The notes beneath the pieces were generated by a model. That model worked only from the letters and a program-made list of their open reading frames with translations, searched no databases and was not told the origin of the DNA. Below are positions 1-11,986 of a stretch of DNA of 31,359 bases, one piece after another; the first letter of the stretch is position 1; each line of letters opens with the position of its first letter. Origin of the DNA: Octopus sinensis (lineage: Eukaryota); NCBI RefSeq assembly GCF_006345805.1, contig NW_021832295.1:1-31359 (forward strand), written 5' to 3'. Position numbers and translations under genes: made by a program.

Positions 1-254
1 TTTTTTAAATGTCTTGCTTTGAAGAACTGCATTAGGTACGATTAGTGAAATTTTGGTAGTAATGACTTATGTCCCTCTTAGTGTGAGGCATTTATGTGTA
101 ATAATGCCCTCTATACAATATAAATTAATATGTTCTAAAGAAAAAAATTATTTTCGAATTTTTCTCTTATGAGGTTTTTCACGCTAACTACATGATAATT
201 TCTTGTTAAGATTCCTTATTAAGAAGTTATCCTTAATTGTTAAATATATATACA

Positions 255-588
255 CGAGCAAAACGCCCCCCCCCGTCCAATGGACGGTGCTGAGTTGTCA
301 AACATTTAAACCAAATTTTCTCAAAGCAACTTGTCCGAGAAACACTGATTTAACCTAAATTTGAGACACCAGCAAAAGAAGAAATAAAGATAGACTTTTT
401 TCTATTCCAAAGAATGCTTTATCGATCGCATTCTCACCTGGAATTGATTTTTGTAATTTTTTCAAGACTTATACACGCCCCGATACCGTCGGTATCTACA
501 TATTAAATTTGAGCGCAATCGGATGGAGGATGCCCGAGATCCTAGAAGACACATACACAGACAGACAGAACGAATTTTATATAATAAA
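255..588 (-). mobile_element. Non-autonomous Helitron-like element, 5' portion (left boundary undetermined)
   Basis: Minus strand begins TTTATTATATAAAATTCGTTCTGTCTGTCTGTG...CCGATTGCGCTCAAATTT. This is the same 5' layout (TATATAAA, CTGT microsatellite, then an AAATTT-like motif) as the Helitron at 16774-17142. The terminal TC is degraded and no CTAG end is seen. Confidence 0.4.
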
Positions 589-699
589 ATCAACAATTGT
601 TGATTTTATTAAATTAATTATATTTCACCCTATATCTGTAATGGCTATTTTACTCCCCTACGACAAAACTACGAATATTTTTTCGGCAGTACTATTTTG

Positions 700-818
700 T
701 GACTCACGTGGTAGAATTCTGGAGGGAAATACGAATTCACTTGTCTATATAAATGTGGATATGCTGATTAACTCTTATATTTTTCGATGTCGCTTGATCG
801 AAAATATAGGAGGTAAGT
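700..818 (+). promoter_or_regulatory. Possible promoter-like motif cluster and 5' splice donor
   Basis: TGACTCA (700-706) overlaps CACGTG (705-710), TATATAAA lies at 746-753, and a consensus AG|GTAAGT donor lies at 812/813. Motif evidence only. Confidence 0.2.
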
Positions 819-2373
819 TTTTCTAGCATTTCTAGATTTATAGGAATATTATGTCGATAAAGGAAACGAATCTTATGATTAAAATCCAGAAACGTACGTC
901 CATAATTAACCGGAGACTGTGGTTTCATTATTTTTCTTCTCTTTTTTTGCCATATGTGAGTTACAAATATTGTTGTCTGTGGAGACTTATTTTTGTAGTA
1001 AAAGGAAGTAGTAGCCTTTTGGCTGCTATTTCTAAAATTTTCGGTATGTGGTTTAGCAGCTTGTTGCAAAAAACCCTTATTATTATAATTATATATATAT
1101 ATTCAGGAAAAAATCTATAGTCAGAAGGCAAATTTTAATACTATGATGTTCTTAACAATCAAATCAACCTCTCTATCTGTATATCTATCTACCCTCTTTA
1201 TAATGTTGGCAAACGAAATGGAAATAAGTATATGTATTGTCCGTTTGATGGAAGACTTCTATAAATGGCTGAAGATTGCTCAACATTTTAAAACTGATGT
1301 AATACTTACAATGTTTAATAAAATGAAGTAGCATGAAACGATCGTACCAAATTACCGAAGATATACTTGTTTATTTTGATTATATATTTACACATATATA
1401 CATATATACATACATACATACATACACAGACACACACACACATGCACACATGTATATATCATGGATTTGCAGAAATCTATATGTAATAATATTTGATAAA
1501 AATAATACATATTTTAAGATACATCAGTGTCGTTTGCTGCAAATATCCACTGCTGAATCTACGAAGAATATATATTACTTCCATTGAAACAAACAAAATT
1601 TTAGTGAAATTACCTCTAGCTCACCATCATTTACATATTGGAAAAAACTCATACAGCAGAATTTCATAACAAAAACTGGTGACAGAGCGTTGTTTCGAAT
1701 GTAGGTACCACAGCAGAAATTACATACAATGTTTCATAAACTAAGATAATGTGCTTTCTTAATAACTTAAAGGATGAAAAATATCGGCTGTCAAACGAGA
1801 ATCAGTATGTATATGGTAATGTATCGTTAGAAGATCTATTGTTCGTTACTTGAATCATTTAGAGACAGCGTATACGTATCTGGGCGAGTTAATACAGCAA
1901 CAACAACAAAAACAAGACGAAACCACTCGGCCAGTTTCTTACTCACAGCTGGCGAAAATTCTGTGATTTATTCACCAATTTAGATTTTTTTCAGAATGAG
2001 AATAAATATACCTTTATTAAAAATATGGTATAAGATTTCCATATACATATATGATTTCTGTATATATCAAATGGATGTTTTATAAATCTATTCCGAACAT
2101 ACAATAACAGCCACACCAACAACCCAACACACCTCCTTCATCAGCTGCCCTACGGATATCACTATGGTTTCGACACCTGGCAGTACCGTTCAATCCGGCA
2201 TTTTCAACAGCACTACTAAAATAAGTGTTGTTTGGGAACAAACATAATCTTAGGTATCACCACATTCATTCAATCTTAATTCTTGGAAGGATTAAATACT
2301 AACATTATTAATTAAACTCCAACAAAGAAACCACATTTACCCTATGTACAAAAACAGTATCAGTAAATAAAAT

Positions 2374-2716
2374 CATATATATATATATATATATGAATTT
2401 CTATATGAATTATATGTGTGTGTATACATGCATATATATATGTGTGTGTGTGTATGTATGTAAGTACGTATGTGTATGTATGCATCTATGTGTGTGTATA
2501 TATATATATATGTATATATATATATACACACACACATATATATGCATGTATACACATACATATAATTCATAGAGAAATATTTAGTATATGTGTAAATACT
2601 CACGCATATATACTCATATACATAGACCTGCGCACATATGCACTTGTATGTATGTGTGTATATAAGATGGAGTCACATTGCTTGTGTTAGAGTGCAAATG
2701 CGTGTGTGGGTGTGTG
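2374..2716. repeat. Compound (TA)n/(TG)n/(CA)n microsatellite
   Basis: Direct reading. Confidence 0.9.
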
Positions 2717-2877
2717 TTTCTGGATACACGAATGAATATTCTATAAACAAAATGTAACACAATTTATAGTGGAATAAATAACAAGGGAAGATGTCAAATT
2801 TTTTCTAAAGCTTGAAATATATTTCGTTAAAAAACATAAACTAAAAACATAACAAATTATATTTATGAAAGATGGAT

Positions 2878-3335
2878 TGTATGTATGTATGTATGTATGT
2901 ATGTATGTATGTATGTATGTATGTATGTATGTATGTATGCATGTATGTATGTATGTATATATATGAATGTATGTATTTATGTATGTATGTATGTATGTAT
3001 GTATGTAGTTTGTATGTATTTATGTATGTATGTCAATTCAGTTTTATTTGAAGATTTCTTGACAATAGAGAAAGAGCTAGGTTCTAACCTAGATCCAAGG
3101 CTCCTTCATTGGAATTTCAACACCAACAGCAGGGTATGTATGTATGTATGTATGTATGTATGTATGTATGTATGTATTTATGTATGTATGCATGTATGTA
3201 TGTATTTATGTATGTATTTATGTATGTATGTATGTATGTATGTATGTATGTATGTATGTATGTATGCATGCATGTATGTATGTATGTATGTATTTATGTA
3301 TGTATGTATGTATGTATGTATGCATGTATGTATGT
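2878..3335. repeat. (TATG)n tetranucleotide array split by a 100-bp insert
   Basis: Arrays at 2878-3033 and 3134-3335. Confidence 0.95.
3034..3133 (-). mobile_element. 3'-UTR-only stub of an R4/Dong-like LINE, or a SINE sharing its tail
   Basis: 3081-3115 GTT-CTAACCTAGATCCAAGGCTCCTTCATTGGAAT aligns 28/36 with 3377-3412 GTTTCCAACAAAGATACAAGGCTCCATCTTTGGGAT in the adjacent LINE 3' UTR. (TATG)n flanks both sides. Confidence 0.55.
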
Positions 3336-3969
3336 CTCTTCTATTTTTTAAATTATAATAAATCTTCCACTGAGGAGTTTCCAACAAAGATACAAGGCTC
3401 CATCTTTGGGATGTAGTTAACACAGACAAATTCACATTTGGAACTTGAGAATAGTCTTATATATTTTTACTGTTCCACTCACAGATTGGACTTGAAATGT
3501 ACGAATTAGCCGGTCGATTTCTCTTTCTGAAAATCCCAGTTTATCCAGATTTTCCTTTAAGCATTTATTAACAAAACCTAATGAGTCAATTATTACTGGT
3601 ATGAATATGAATTCATAGTCTGAATATAAAAGCTGGAGGTTTCGAAACAGTTGTCCATAGTTATCCTCTTTCTCTTTGATTCTCAAAGAGGTATATCTAC
3701 AGAGCAGATGACCTCTGTGATGGTAAATACATTTGCCCCTCTGTCCCAAACAACAATATCCGTCTTGTTATGTTTACATTTGACGGACGTTTTGATGGGA
3801 ATATTACTTGAGTTGGTATTTATGAATGTATGCCATAACAGAGGGATTTTCTAAGTTTATTTCAGGACAGTCTTTTTTGCGGATGACATTGTAAATTGTT
3901 TTTGTAACAACATCGTGCCGCATAGGGAAGTAGTACCGCGACGACATTTTAGGACAGCTGCTACTCACA
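3336..3969 (-). mobile_element. R4/Dong-clade non-LTR retrotransposon 3' fragment (zinc-knuckle end, restriction-like endonuclease, 3' UTR), frameshifted
   Basis: Minus-strand translation SSCPKMSSRYYFPMRHDVV (RHD 3912-3920) ... KHNKTDIVVWD...ITEVIC ... KEKEDNY..L...IPVIIDSLG matches the RHN/D, RPDIV, E and KxxxY motifs of RLE LINEs. Stop at 3432-3434, then UTR, then (CATA)n. Confidence 0.8.
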
Positions 3970-4106
3970 TGCCGAACCGCTAATATTTTGCCGAACCGCT
4001 AAAGTTACGGGGACGTAAACACATCAACAATGCTTGTCAAGCGATGCTGGGGTGGACAAACACACACAAACACACAGACATACACACACACACAGACACA
4101 CACACA

Positions 4107-4146
<40 letters not shown>

Positions 4147-4305
4147 GACGGGCTTCTTCCAGTTTCCGTCTACCAAATCCACTCACAAGGCTTTGGTCGG
4201 CCCGAGGCTATAGTAGAAGACACTTGCCCAAGGTGCCATGCAGTGGGACTGAACGCGGGACCATGTGGTTGGTAAGCAAACTACTTACCACACAGTCACT
4301 CCTGC
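3970..4305 (-). mobile_element. tRNA-derived SINE family A (octopus OR/OK-type, CORE-like motif), 3' end missing
   Basis: Minus strand GCAGGAGTGACTGTGTGGTAAG (A-box) ... GTTCAGTCCC (B-box) ... CACCTTGGGCAAGT (CORE-like), with an internal (TG)n. Several other copies in the window. Confidence 0.85.
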
Positions 4306-4682
4306 TTTTAAATGAAAAATTAAAGATGTTTCGTGTGGCCATAAAATTTGTGCTGCGTCTCCAGAGATATAAGTAAAAGGAAAAAAAGAGGTGCAGCAAT
4401 CCAGTAAGTTACGTATCGTTTGGTTGTTTGGATACTGCTGAAAACTTCCTCGGAAATCAGGGTGGCGAGACATAACTGTCGGCTACGATGTCGAAGGATA
4501 AAGACAGTTGTCGCAACCTGTTGGCCATCCTTGCTAGATTGATTAAAATACATGTCTGAGTCGCTCAAAGGTGGCGGTTCTGCTGACTGCCTCCACTGAT
4601 TGGAAAGCTGTTATTCATCGGGTGTTTGACGCACGTGATCAGGGGATCACTGATGAGAGTTATTTAGGTGTATTTTGATGGG

Positions 4683-4685
<3 letters not shown>

Positions 4686-4737
<52 letters not shown>
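4686..4737. repeat. (GA)n microsatellite
   Basis: Direct reading. Confidence 0.95.
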
Positions 4738-5920
4738 GGAGGGGAAAAGAAACAGCGTAAAGTGAAGTAGACTACAGTTTATTAGCACAGTGCTCGAATG
4801 GTTTAAATCGTTAAAAAACTGTACGAGGCATATCTACTAAATACTAGATTAAGTTTTTAAATGCATCAAATCACATTAGTTTCTAGAAATAAATCTTTAA
4901 AGAAATAACGGTATCTGATTACTTCGCTCCCTCCAACCTCTATCTGATACAGTCGTATGTTTCCTCTCTTTACAGTTACGCTGAATGTTCCAGCACAACG
5001 TATCACACAAAAATACTGATTCCACCAGAATATCTTCAAGCAAGCCAGCCTCCCCTCTCCATACCAGCGATGTTATCCAAAGGAAAAACAAAGATCAAAA
5101 ATCTGGACGCTCCACCATCACAATGAATCGTTCATTACCCTTGATGCTTTGTTGGGGAAAAAAGAGGTGGAGAAGACTTCTGCTCGAGCGAATCTACTGC
5201 TAAAACTTGATCTGTGCGGACGTTCTCTTGTTTTCTCTTTTATATTATTAGCAAAGTTGAAATCCACTCTAAAAGTGCGCCAGTTTCAGATGATAGAAAA
5301 GATGGAAGAAAAATTGGTTCGGGAACTATGTGCTACTCTTGTGAACGCATTCCAGGTGGTATCCTTAAATGTGGGGAAGACGTTTGTAGCTTTGAGTTAT
5401 ATCAATATTAAGCAGGAAAGTATTTTGAAAGAGAGAGAGAAAGTTTGCTGAATTATGAGGAGAGAAATAGTTTCTTGTTTCTTTCTTTTTTTTGCTTTAA
5501 AACCTTTCTTTTCTCTTTGGACAGACATCGTAGGAAGTATATTCGTAGAAAATCTTGAAATCTTGGCTACACAAATTTATTTATGTGTGTGCATAGAAAC
5601 ACACATGTTCAACTTGGATATAAAGATATATTTATAGTCACACATATTCGAAAAGAAACTTTTGGCTACATACAAGTGAGCGCACAAAAACCATACACAC
5701 ACACCATACACATACACACACCATATACGCACACGCCACACACACACACACATGTTCATCTTGCACGTATAAACACATACATATTTGATTAGAGAGAAGT
5801 AAATTATTTCATATGAATGTGAAAAACAATTTCATTGTACAGAGAGCAAGAAAAAAAAACAAAAACAAAAGAAATACGAAAATATGAGAATAACAGAAAG
5901 ACATTATTATTATTATTACT

Positions 5921-5958
<38 letters not shown>

Positions 5959-6891
5959 TAAAAACCGGAAACAAACTCAATAGAAGAGATTAAAAAAGTA
6001 TTAAAAAGATAACTAAAAAATTTTTCAAAGAGAGAAATGTGTATCTCCTATAATATTGCACTCATAAGCAGAGATATTTCCAAACACAAATACACACGCA
6101 CACATATATATATAGATATATACATTTGGAATATATATGATTTCATAAATACATATGTTACATATATGTATATATGTATATGTTTATATATATATATATA
6201 AGTATATATATATACAGATATATTTGTATATTCATATATATATATATATAGATAAGAAAGTTGGTTTGTGAAATATATATGTGTGTGTATATATAAACGA
6301 AGACAGATATTTACTTATTTATGGCCATACTAGGAAACGCAAGGGATTTGAGCTTCATTCGATATTAGTTTCAGATGAATGATTTAATTTATTCATGCTC
6401 TGCCCCCAGTATTGCGTACATCTCTGTTGGTCGTCATTGCTAACTTGAATATACATATACATGTATTTATATATTTATATATATGTATGTGCATTTGTAT
6501 GTATATGTGTGTATATGTGTGTTAGTATGAGTTATGAGTGTGCGTGTGTATAGATTATATATATATATGAATATGAATATTCCTAAGTATATTTATATAA
6601 ACGCGCACACATATATAGATGCATACGTATGTACATAAATATACATACCTATATGTATATATACATGAATTGCGTTTAATTTTCATATTACAAAGTTTAA
6701 GGTTACACTTGTATCAAACACATAGCCTTACATGGTTTCATGATCACACACACACGTGTGTGTGTGTGTGTATGCATGTATGTGCGTGTTTGCATGTCCC
6801 TCTCTTTCTTTCTCTCTCTCTCTCCATATATATAAATCCAAACACACAGACATTTCTATGTACATGTATATCAATCTCCTCTATCTCTCTA

Positions 6892-6899
<8 letters not shown>

Positions 6900-6976
<77 letters not shown>

Positions 6977-7125
6977 ATATATATAGTAGATAGCCCTTCA
7001 TCTAGGTTAAATAAGTAGACTATAAATAATTTAATTCAGTCAGCTGAAGCCAAAATTGAAATAAACTCTCATGTGCCGATTATATATATATATGTATACA
7101 TACATACATACATACACGCATATAT

Positions 7126-7156
<31 letters not shown>

Positions 7157-7164
7157 CATATATA

Positions 7165-7203
<39 letters not shown>

Positions 7204-7302
7204 TATATATATATACAAATATATACATATATATACTAAAAATATATACATATATTATATATAAATACAAGATATATATATATATAATATATACATATAC
7301 AA

Positions 7303-7386
<84 letters not shown>

Positions 7387-7430
7387 TATATATTATATAA
7401 TATATATATATATATTATATATATATTATA
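6900..7430. repeat. (TA)n arrays with a ~95-bp unique insert (6986-7080)
   Basis: Direct reading. Confidence 0.9.
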
Positions 7431-7936
7431 CATATATTTACATATACGTTTGCGCATATATTCATACATTGGTATGTAGACATGACTACGTAAAACTGTG
7501 TGTATTGTCACATGCAGATATTGTGCATACACTAACACGCGTATTCACACAGACATCATTATATATGAAATGAAAACAGTAGAAATTCTACCAACATTAA
7601 CAAACAGAAAAGCGTAACTGCCAACCAAAAATGTGTATGACAAGGAATGTGATGTATATATATATATATATATATATGTATACACATATATGTGTGTATG
7701 TGTGCGTATGTGCGTGCGCGTATATAGAATCTTCGGTATGGTATTCTTTCGTTTTACTTTACATTACTTAGCCATTGTCTTTTTGCTCCTTGTCTTTTGT
7801 ACACCATTTCTATAGCTGACTTATGTATGCCATATTCTTTCATATTTCTTATAGACACGATTTTACTTCTCTGTAATCTTTTATCTGTTATTTTCTGCTA
7901 CTTTTTATATATGACTTCGTTTATCTTGGCCTAGTC

Positions 7937-7975
<39 letters not shown>

Positions 7976-7977
<2 letters not shown>

Positions 7978-8111
7978 CGCAGGAGTGGCTGTGTAGTGAG
8001 TAGCTTGCTTAGTATGGCATATTGGGAACGTGTCTTCTATTATAGTTTAGGGCCAACCAATCTTTGTGAGTGGATTTGGAAGACGGAAACTGAAAGAAGC
8101 CCGTCGTATAT

Positions 8112-8153
<42 letters not shown>

Positions 8154-8296
8154 TATATATATATATATATTATATATATATGTATATGTATATATATATA
8201 TACACATATATATGTGTGTGTGTATGTGTGTGTGTGTGTATTTATATCTATATCTATCTATATATATATACATACACGACGGGCTTCTTTCAGTTT
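7976..8296 (+). mobile_element. SINE family A 5' half (B-box deleted) ending in a fold-back around its internal microsatellite
   Basis: GGCGCAGGAGTGGCTGTGTAG head. 8087-8107 is the exact reverse complement of 8276-8296. Confidence 0.75.
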
Positions 8297-8351
8297 GCCT
8301 TGGTTCGATGGGTTTTAGGCACAATACGTTTCAATATTCTGCGGTCCCTCT

Positions 8352-8960
8352 CGTTAGCACGCCGGGCGAAATGCTTAGCGGTATTTCATCTACAAAAGGC
8401 GGCGAGCTGGTAGAAACGTTAGCACGCCGGGTGAAATTCTTAGCGGTATTTCGTCTGCCGCTACGTTCTGAGTTCAAATTCCGCCGAGGTCGACTTTGCC
8501 TTTCATCCTTTCGGGGTCGATTAAATAAGTACCAGTTACGCACTGGGGTCGATAAAATCGACTTAATCCGTTTGTCTGTCCTTGTTTGTCCTCTCTGTGT
8601 TTAGCCCCTTGTGGGTAGTAAAGAAATAGGTATTTCATCTACATTTTGGGATTCCGCCGAGGTCGACTTTGCCTTTCATCCTTTCGGGGTCGATAAATTA
8701 AGTACCAGTTACGCATTGGGGTCGATGTTATCTGTCTGTCCTTGTCTGTCCCCTCTGTGTTTAGCCCCTTGTGGGTAATAAAGAAATAGAAATAGGTATT
8801 TCATCTACCGTTACGTTCTGAGTTCAAATTCCGCTGTGGTCGACATTACCTTTCATCCTCTCGGGATCGATTACGCGCTGGAGTCGACGTAATCGACTTA
8901 ATCATTTTTATCTGTCCTTGTTTGTCCCCTCTTTGTTTAGCCCCATGTGGGCAATAAATT
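8352..8960 (+). mobile_element. Nested tRNA-derived SINE family B: host copy (8352-8393 plus 8795-8960) containing a full-length copy (8398-8628) and a 5'-truncated copy (~8644-8794)
   Basis: GGCGGCGAGCTGGTAGAAACG head, GAGTTCAAATTCC B-box, AAAGAAATA tails. Identical 14-mer GGTATTTCATCTAC at 8380, 8629 and 8795. Confidence 0.85.
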
Positions 8961-9152
8961 ATTATACCTGCTACAGCTGGGGTGGAAGTCCATCTTATAT
9001 ATATATGTGTATGTGTATGTGCCTTCGTGTTTATGTGTTACTCCTTTTGTTATTGTGGAGTGAATATTTGAAGTGGTAGGACGTATTCGGCATGTTCTTT
9101 CAGCATATTGGCATTAATAGCTTTTGTGCCCTAAAGAATAATATGTATATAT

Positions 9153-9155
9153 ATG

Positions 9156-9200
<45 letters not shown>

Positions 9201-9235
9201 GTATATCCATACATATATGTGTATATACATATATC

Positions 9236-9311
<76 letters not shown>

Positions 9312-9322
9312 ATCTATCTATC
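9153..9322. repeat. (TA)n followed by (TATC)n microsatellite
   Basis: Direct reading. Confidence 0.95.
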
Positions 9323-9849
9323 TGTTCTATCCATATCAATATGTACGTATGGAAATTAATCAAATGTCTCTATATTCGCAACGACCTCCAGATATTATTA
9401 TAATGGCTTGCAAGAAACAATGTTGTTCAGATATAAAAGAATCCTTAGAGCTTGTCCGTTCTCTCAAGTTATTGTTGCAGTCCCCCAACCCCATAACAGC
9501 GCAGTGTTCGAGACGTGAAGAGTGATGAACAATAGGCGTTATGTATATTAACTTCCCTGGAAGGCTTATTACATGCATATGCTTTCGTCAAGTTGATACT
9601 TCTCCAACTTATCAAAACGAACCGGACAGGATTGCATTCAACAAGTTGTTCTGCATTGTGAGGTATATAAATGACATCTTGCGTATAGAGGATTTGAATA
9701 TGTAAAGTAAAAATAAATGAATGGATCCTCCGTCGATTTCGACGATCTGTGTTCCTGTTTTTTTCGATCAACAGTGCAACTTATTCGCTGAGTAATTGAA
9801 TAAATTACCGAGTATTGCAGAAGAACTTATATCTTCAATCTTATATGGT

Positions 9850-10203
9850 TTACAGATTTCGGTCTTTGGACTACGGCCATTCTGGGACACCGCCTTAAAG
9901 TGCTTACAGGAAGAAATTGACTCCAGTACTTATTTGTTAAGCCTGGTACTTATCCTGTCGGTTCATTCGCCGAGTCGCTAAGTTACGGGGACGAAAACAA
10001 ACCATCACCGGTTGTCAAGCAGTGGGGAGGGAAAACAATCACAAGCAGAAAGATAGTATACTCACACTCGCGCGCGCGCGCAGGACCAGCCTCCACAAAA
10101 TCTCCGGTCGACCTGGAGCTAGAGTAGAAGGCACTCAATCATGGTACTCCGCAGTGTGACTGAACCCGAAACCCCGTGGTTGCAAAGCGACCTTCTTACC
10201 ACA
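9850..10203 (-). mobile_element. SINE family A, diverged near-full copy
   Basis: CGCTAAGTTACGGGGACG, GGTTGTCAAGC and GACTGAACCCGAAACC blocks are shared, with substitutions, with 3970-4305 and 18345-18664. Confidence 0.75.
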
Positions 10204-10648
10204 TAATGATATAATCTTCAGGAAAATTCTGTATGGCTAAACTAGGCCTTAATTAATTTTTTGCTACCGTTCATTTGGCAGGTTTACTTTACTCCCAAAT
10301 TCCCTCAAACCGTCATTACTTGTTGTTGTGAATTAGGGGTCACTCAATTAAGGTGTCATTCTTTGCGGATTAACTAACTCGGAATTTTATGACTGCAAAA
10401 CAAACTTCTTAATCAATTAGACCACAGCTCCCCAAACATCAAGACGCATCATTTGACCGTGCATCATTTGGTACCGGGTCGCACAGAACGAATAAACTCT
10501 TTTAATAATTATTTCTATTTTATTGACTATTGCAATCTGCACATTTTGCATCATATGTATGTGATATATATATAATATAATATAAATAATATAATATATA
10601 TATATATATATATATCTATATATATATATATATTATATATATATATAT

Positions 10649-10679
<31 letters not shown>

Positions 10680-10733
10680 GCATATATGCTTATATATATG
10701 TATATGCACCACACACACACATGCATATATGGG

Positions 10734-10975
10734 TACAGGACGTCACAAACCGTAAAGAACATGAAATGCGAAAACAAAAGAGTTGAATACATAAACAACG
10801 AGAGAAACAAATGGAAAACAGGACAAATAATGAGGAGTAGATGGACAGCCGACAACTGATGAAGGGTCGTTCTTTATGTTACTTGTCCTGTTTTCCATTT
10901 GTTTCTCTCGTTGTTTATGTATTCAACTCTTTTGTTTTCGCATTTCATGTTGTTTACGGTTTGTGACGTCCTGTA
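10734..10975. repeat. Fold-back element: 93-bp inverted repeats (92/93 identical) with a 56-nt spacer, embedded in (TA)n
   Basis: 10734-10826 versus the reverse complement of 10883-10975. Confidence 0.9.
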
Positions 10976-11109
10976 ATTATATATATATATATATATAAAT
11001 ATTATTTATATTATTATTTGATTGAACGCCACGCATCCATTTCCAAATAATTTTATCTCAGTATATATATATATATATATTATATATATATATTATATAT
11101 ATATATATA

Positions 11110-11700
11110 CAAATTGAGATAGAGGTTGCAAATTCAACCCTCCATGGGATAACATATATCCAATATACTGCTAGTGAAGTACCCAACAAAATTAATACAT
11201 AAATGTTAAGAATTGCGATGCAATTAATTCATTTACTGTATTACATGGGCAAATGTAAAATTATTTTTACCATAAATTAATAATGCAAATAAGAAAATGG
11301 AGAAATACATCTAAATCATTTATCAACTACCAGATAACACCCAATCACATACTTTATTAAACCACTACATAAGAACATTAAGGTTAAACATAAAAATATA
11401 TAACAAAACAGCGTACATGAATGAGTAATACAATACAATAAGTACAATCATTATAAGAGGATATAAATAAATAAATATAAATAGATATAAATATAAATAT
11501 ACACTATATCTTACAGCTGTTTCGGCCATGCAGATAAGTATGTCTCATTTTACCTATATTAGCCATGTATAGTATGTCAATATGAAGTTATAAATGAGTC
11601 ATTTACAAAGATATCCTAAGGCCTCTTCAGAGATTCTAAAGTATAAACCAAATTACATATATACTCATATAAGTGTGGGTACATACCCATAATAGATCAT
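11110..11700 (-). mobile_element. Penelope-like pseudo-LTR or non-autonomous element carrying a hammerhead, 3' end abutting (TA)n
   Basis: Hammerhead at 11508-11634, downstream AATAAA (plus-strand TTTATT 11353-11358), ending at a (TA)n tract. Right boundary approximate. Confidence 0.5.
11508..11634 (-). ncRNA. Type I hammerhead ribozyme motif with a 92-nt loop II
   Basis: Minus strand ATCT-CTGAAGA-GGCC-[92 nt]-GGCC-GAAA-CAGCTG-TA-AGAT: full core, 4-bp stems I and II, palindromic stem III, GUA cleavage triplet. Confidence 0.7.
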
Positions 11701-11945
11701 TTACATATATATATGAGTGCATATACTCATACTCTTATACATACACATATACATATACATAATAATACAAATAATATAAATCAATAAATATATATATGTT
11801 CCAGTATTACCTTATATTAATTTACAAAAAGTCATTAATGTTAACATCAATACTGTTATCGGCCTGCTCGCTTAGCCAGCGGGGTGGCGCATTGTGACCA
11901 ACGATGTGTAGCAATATCTGATGGTCTGGTCGGTCACGTGATCAC

Positions 11946-11985
<40 letters not shown>

Positions 11986-11986
<1 letters not shown>

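Noticed and set aside
4650-4765. CTGATGA ... GAAACAGCGTA as a split hammerhead
   Set aside because: Neither stem I nor stem II can pair.
4976-5451. Strong acceptor at 4975 plus ORFs 4985-5203 and 5149-5451 as a coding exon
   Set aside because: No continuous frame or recognisable domain. There is only a faint resemblance to an L1/Tx1 ORF2 C-terminus, too weak to call.
7081-7430. Phase slips (TT/AA) in long (TA)n tracts as a patterned signal
   Set aside because: Equally explained by slippage or long-read indel error, and cannot be distinguished without raw reads.
9360-9800. Unique segment with ~70-110 aa ORFs on both strands
   Set aside because: No recognisable motifs or clear splice-bounded frame.
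10856-10862. CTGATGA in the fold-back spacer as a hammerhead core
   Set aside because: No stem II followed by GAAA and stem III downstream in this copy.
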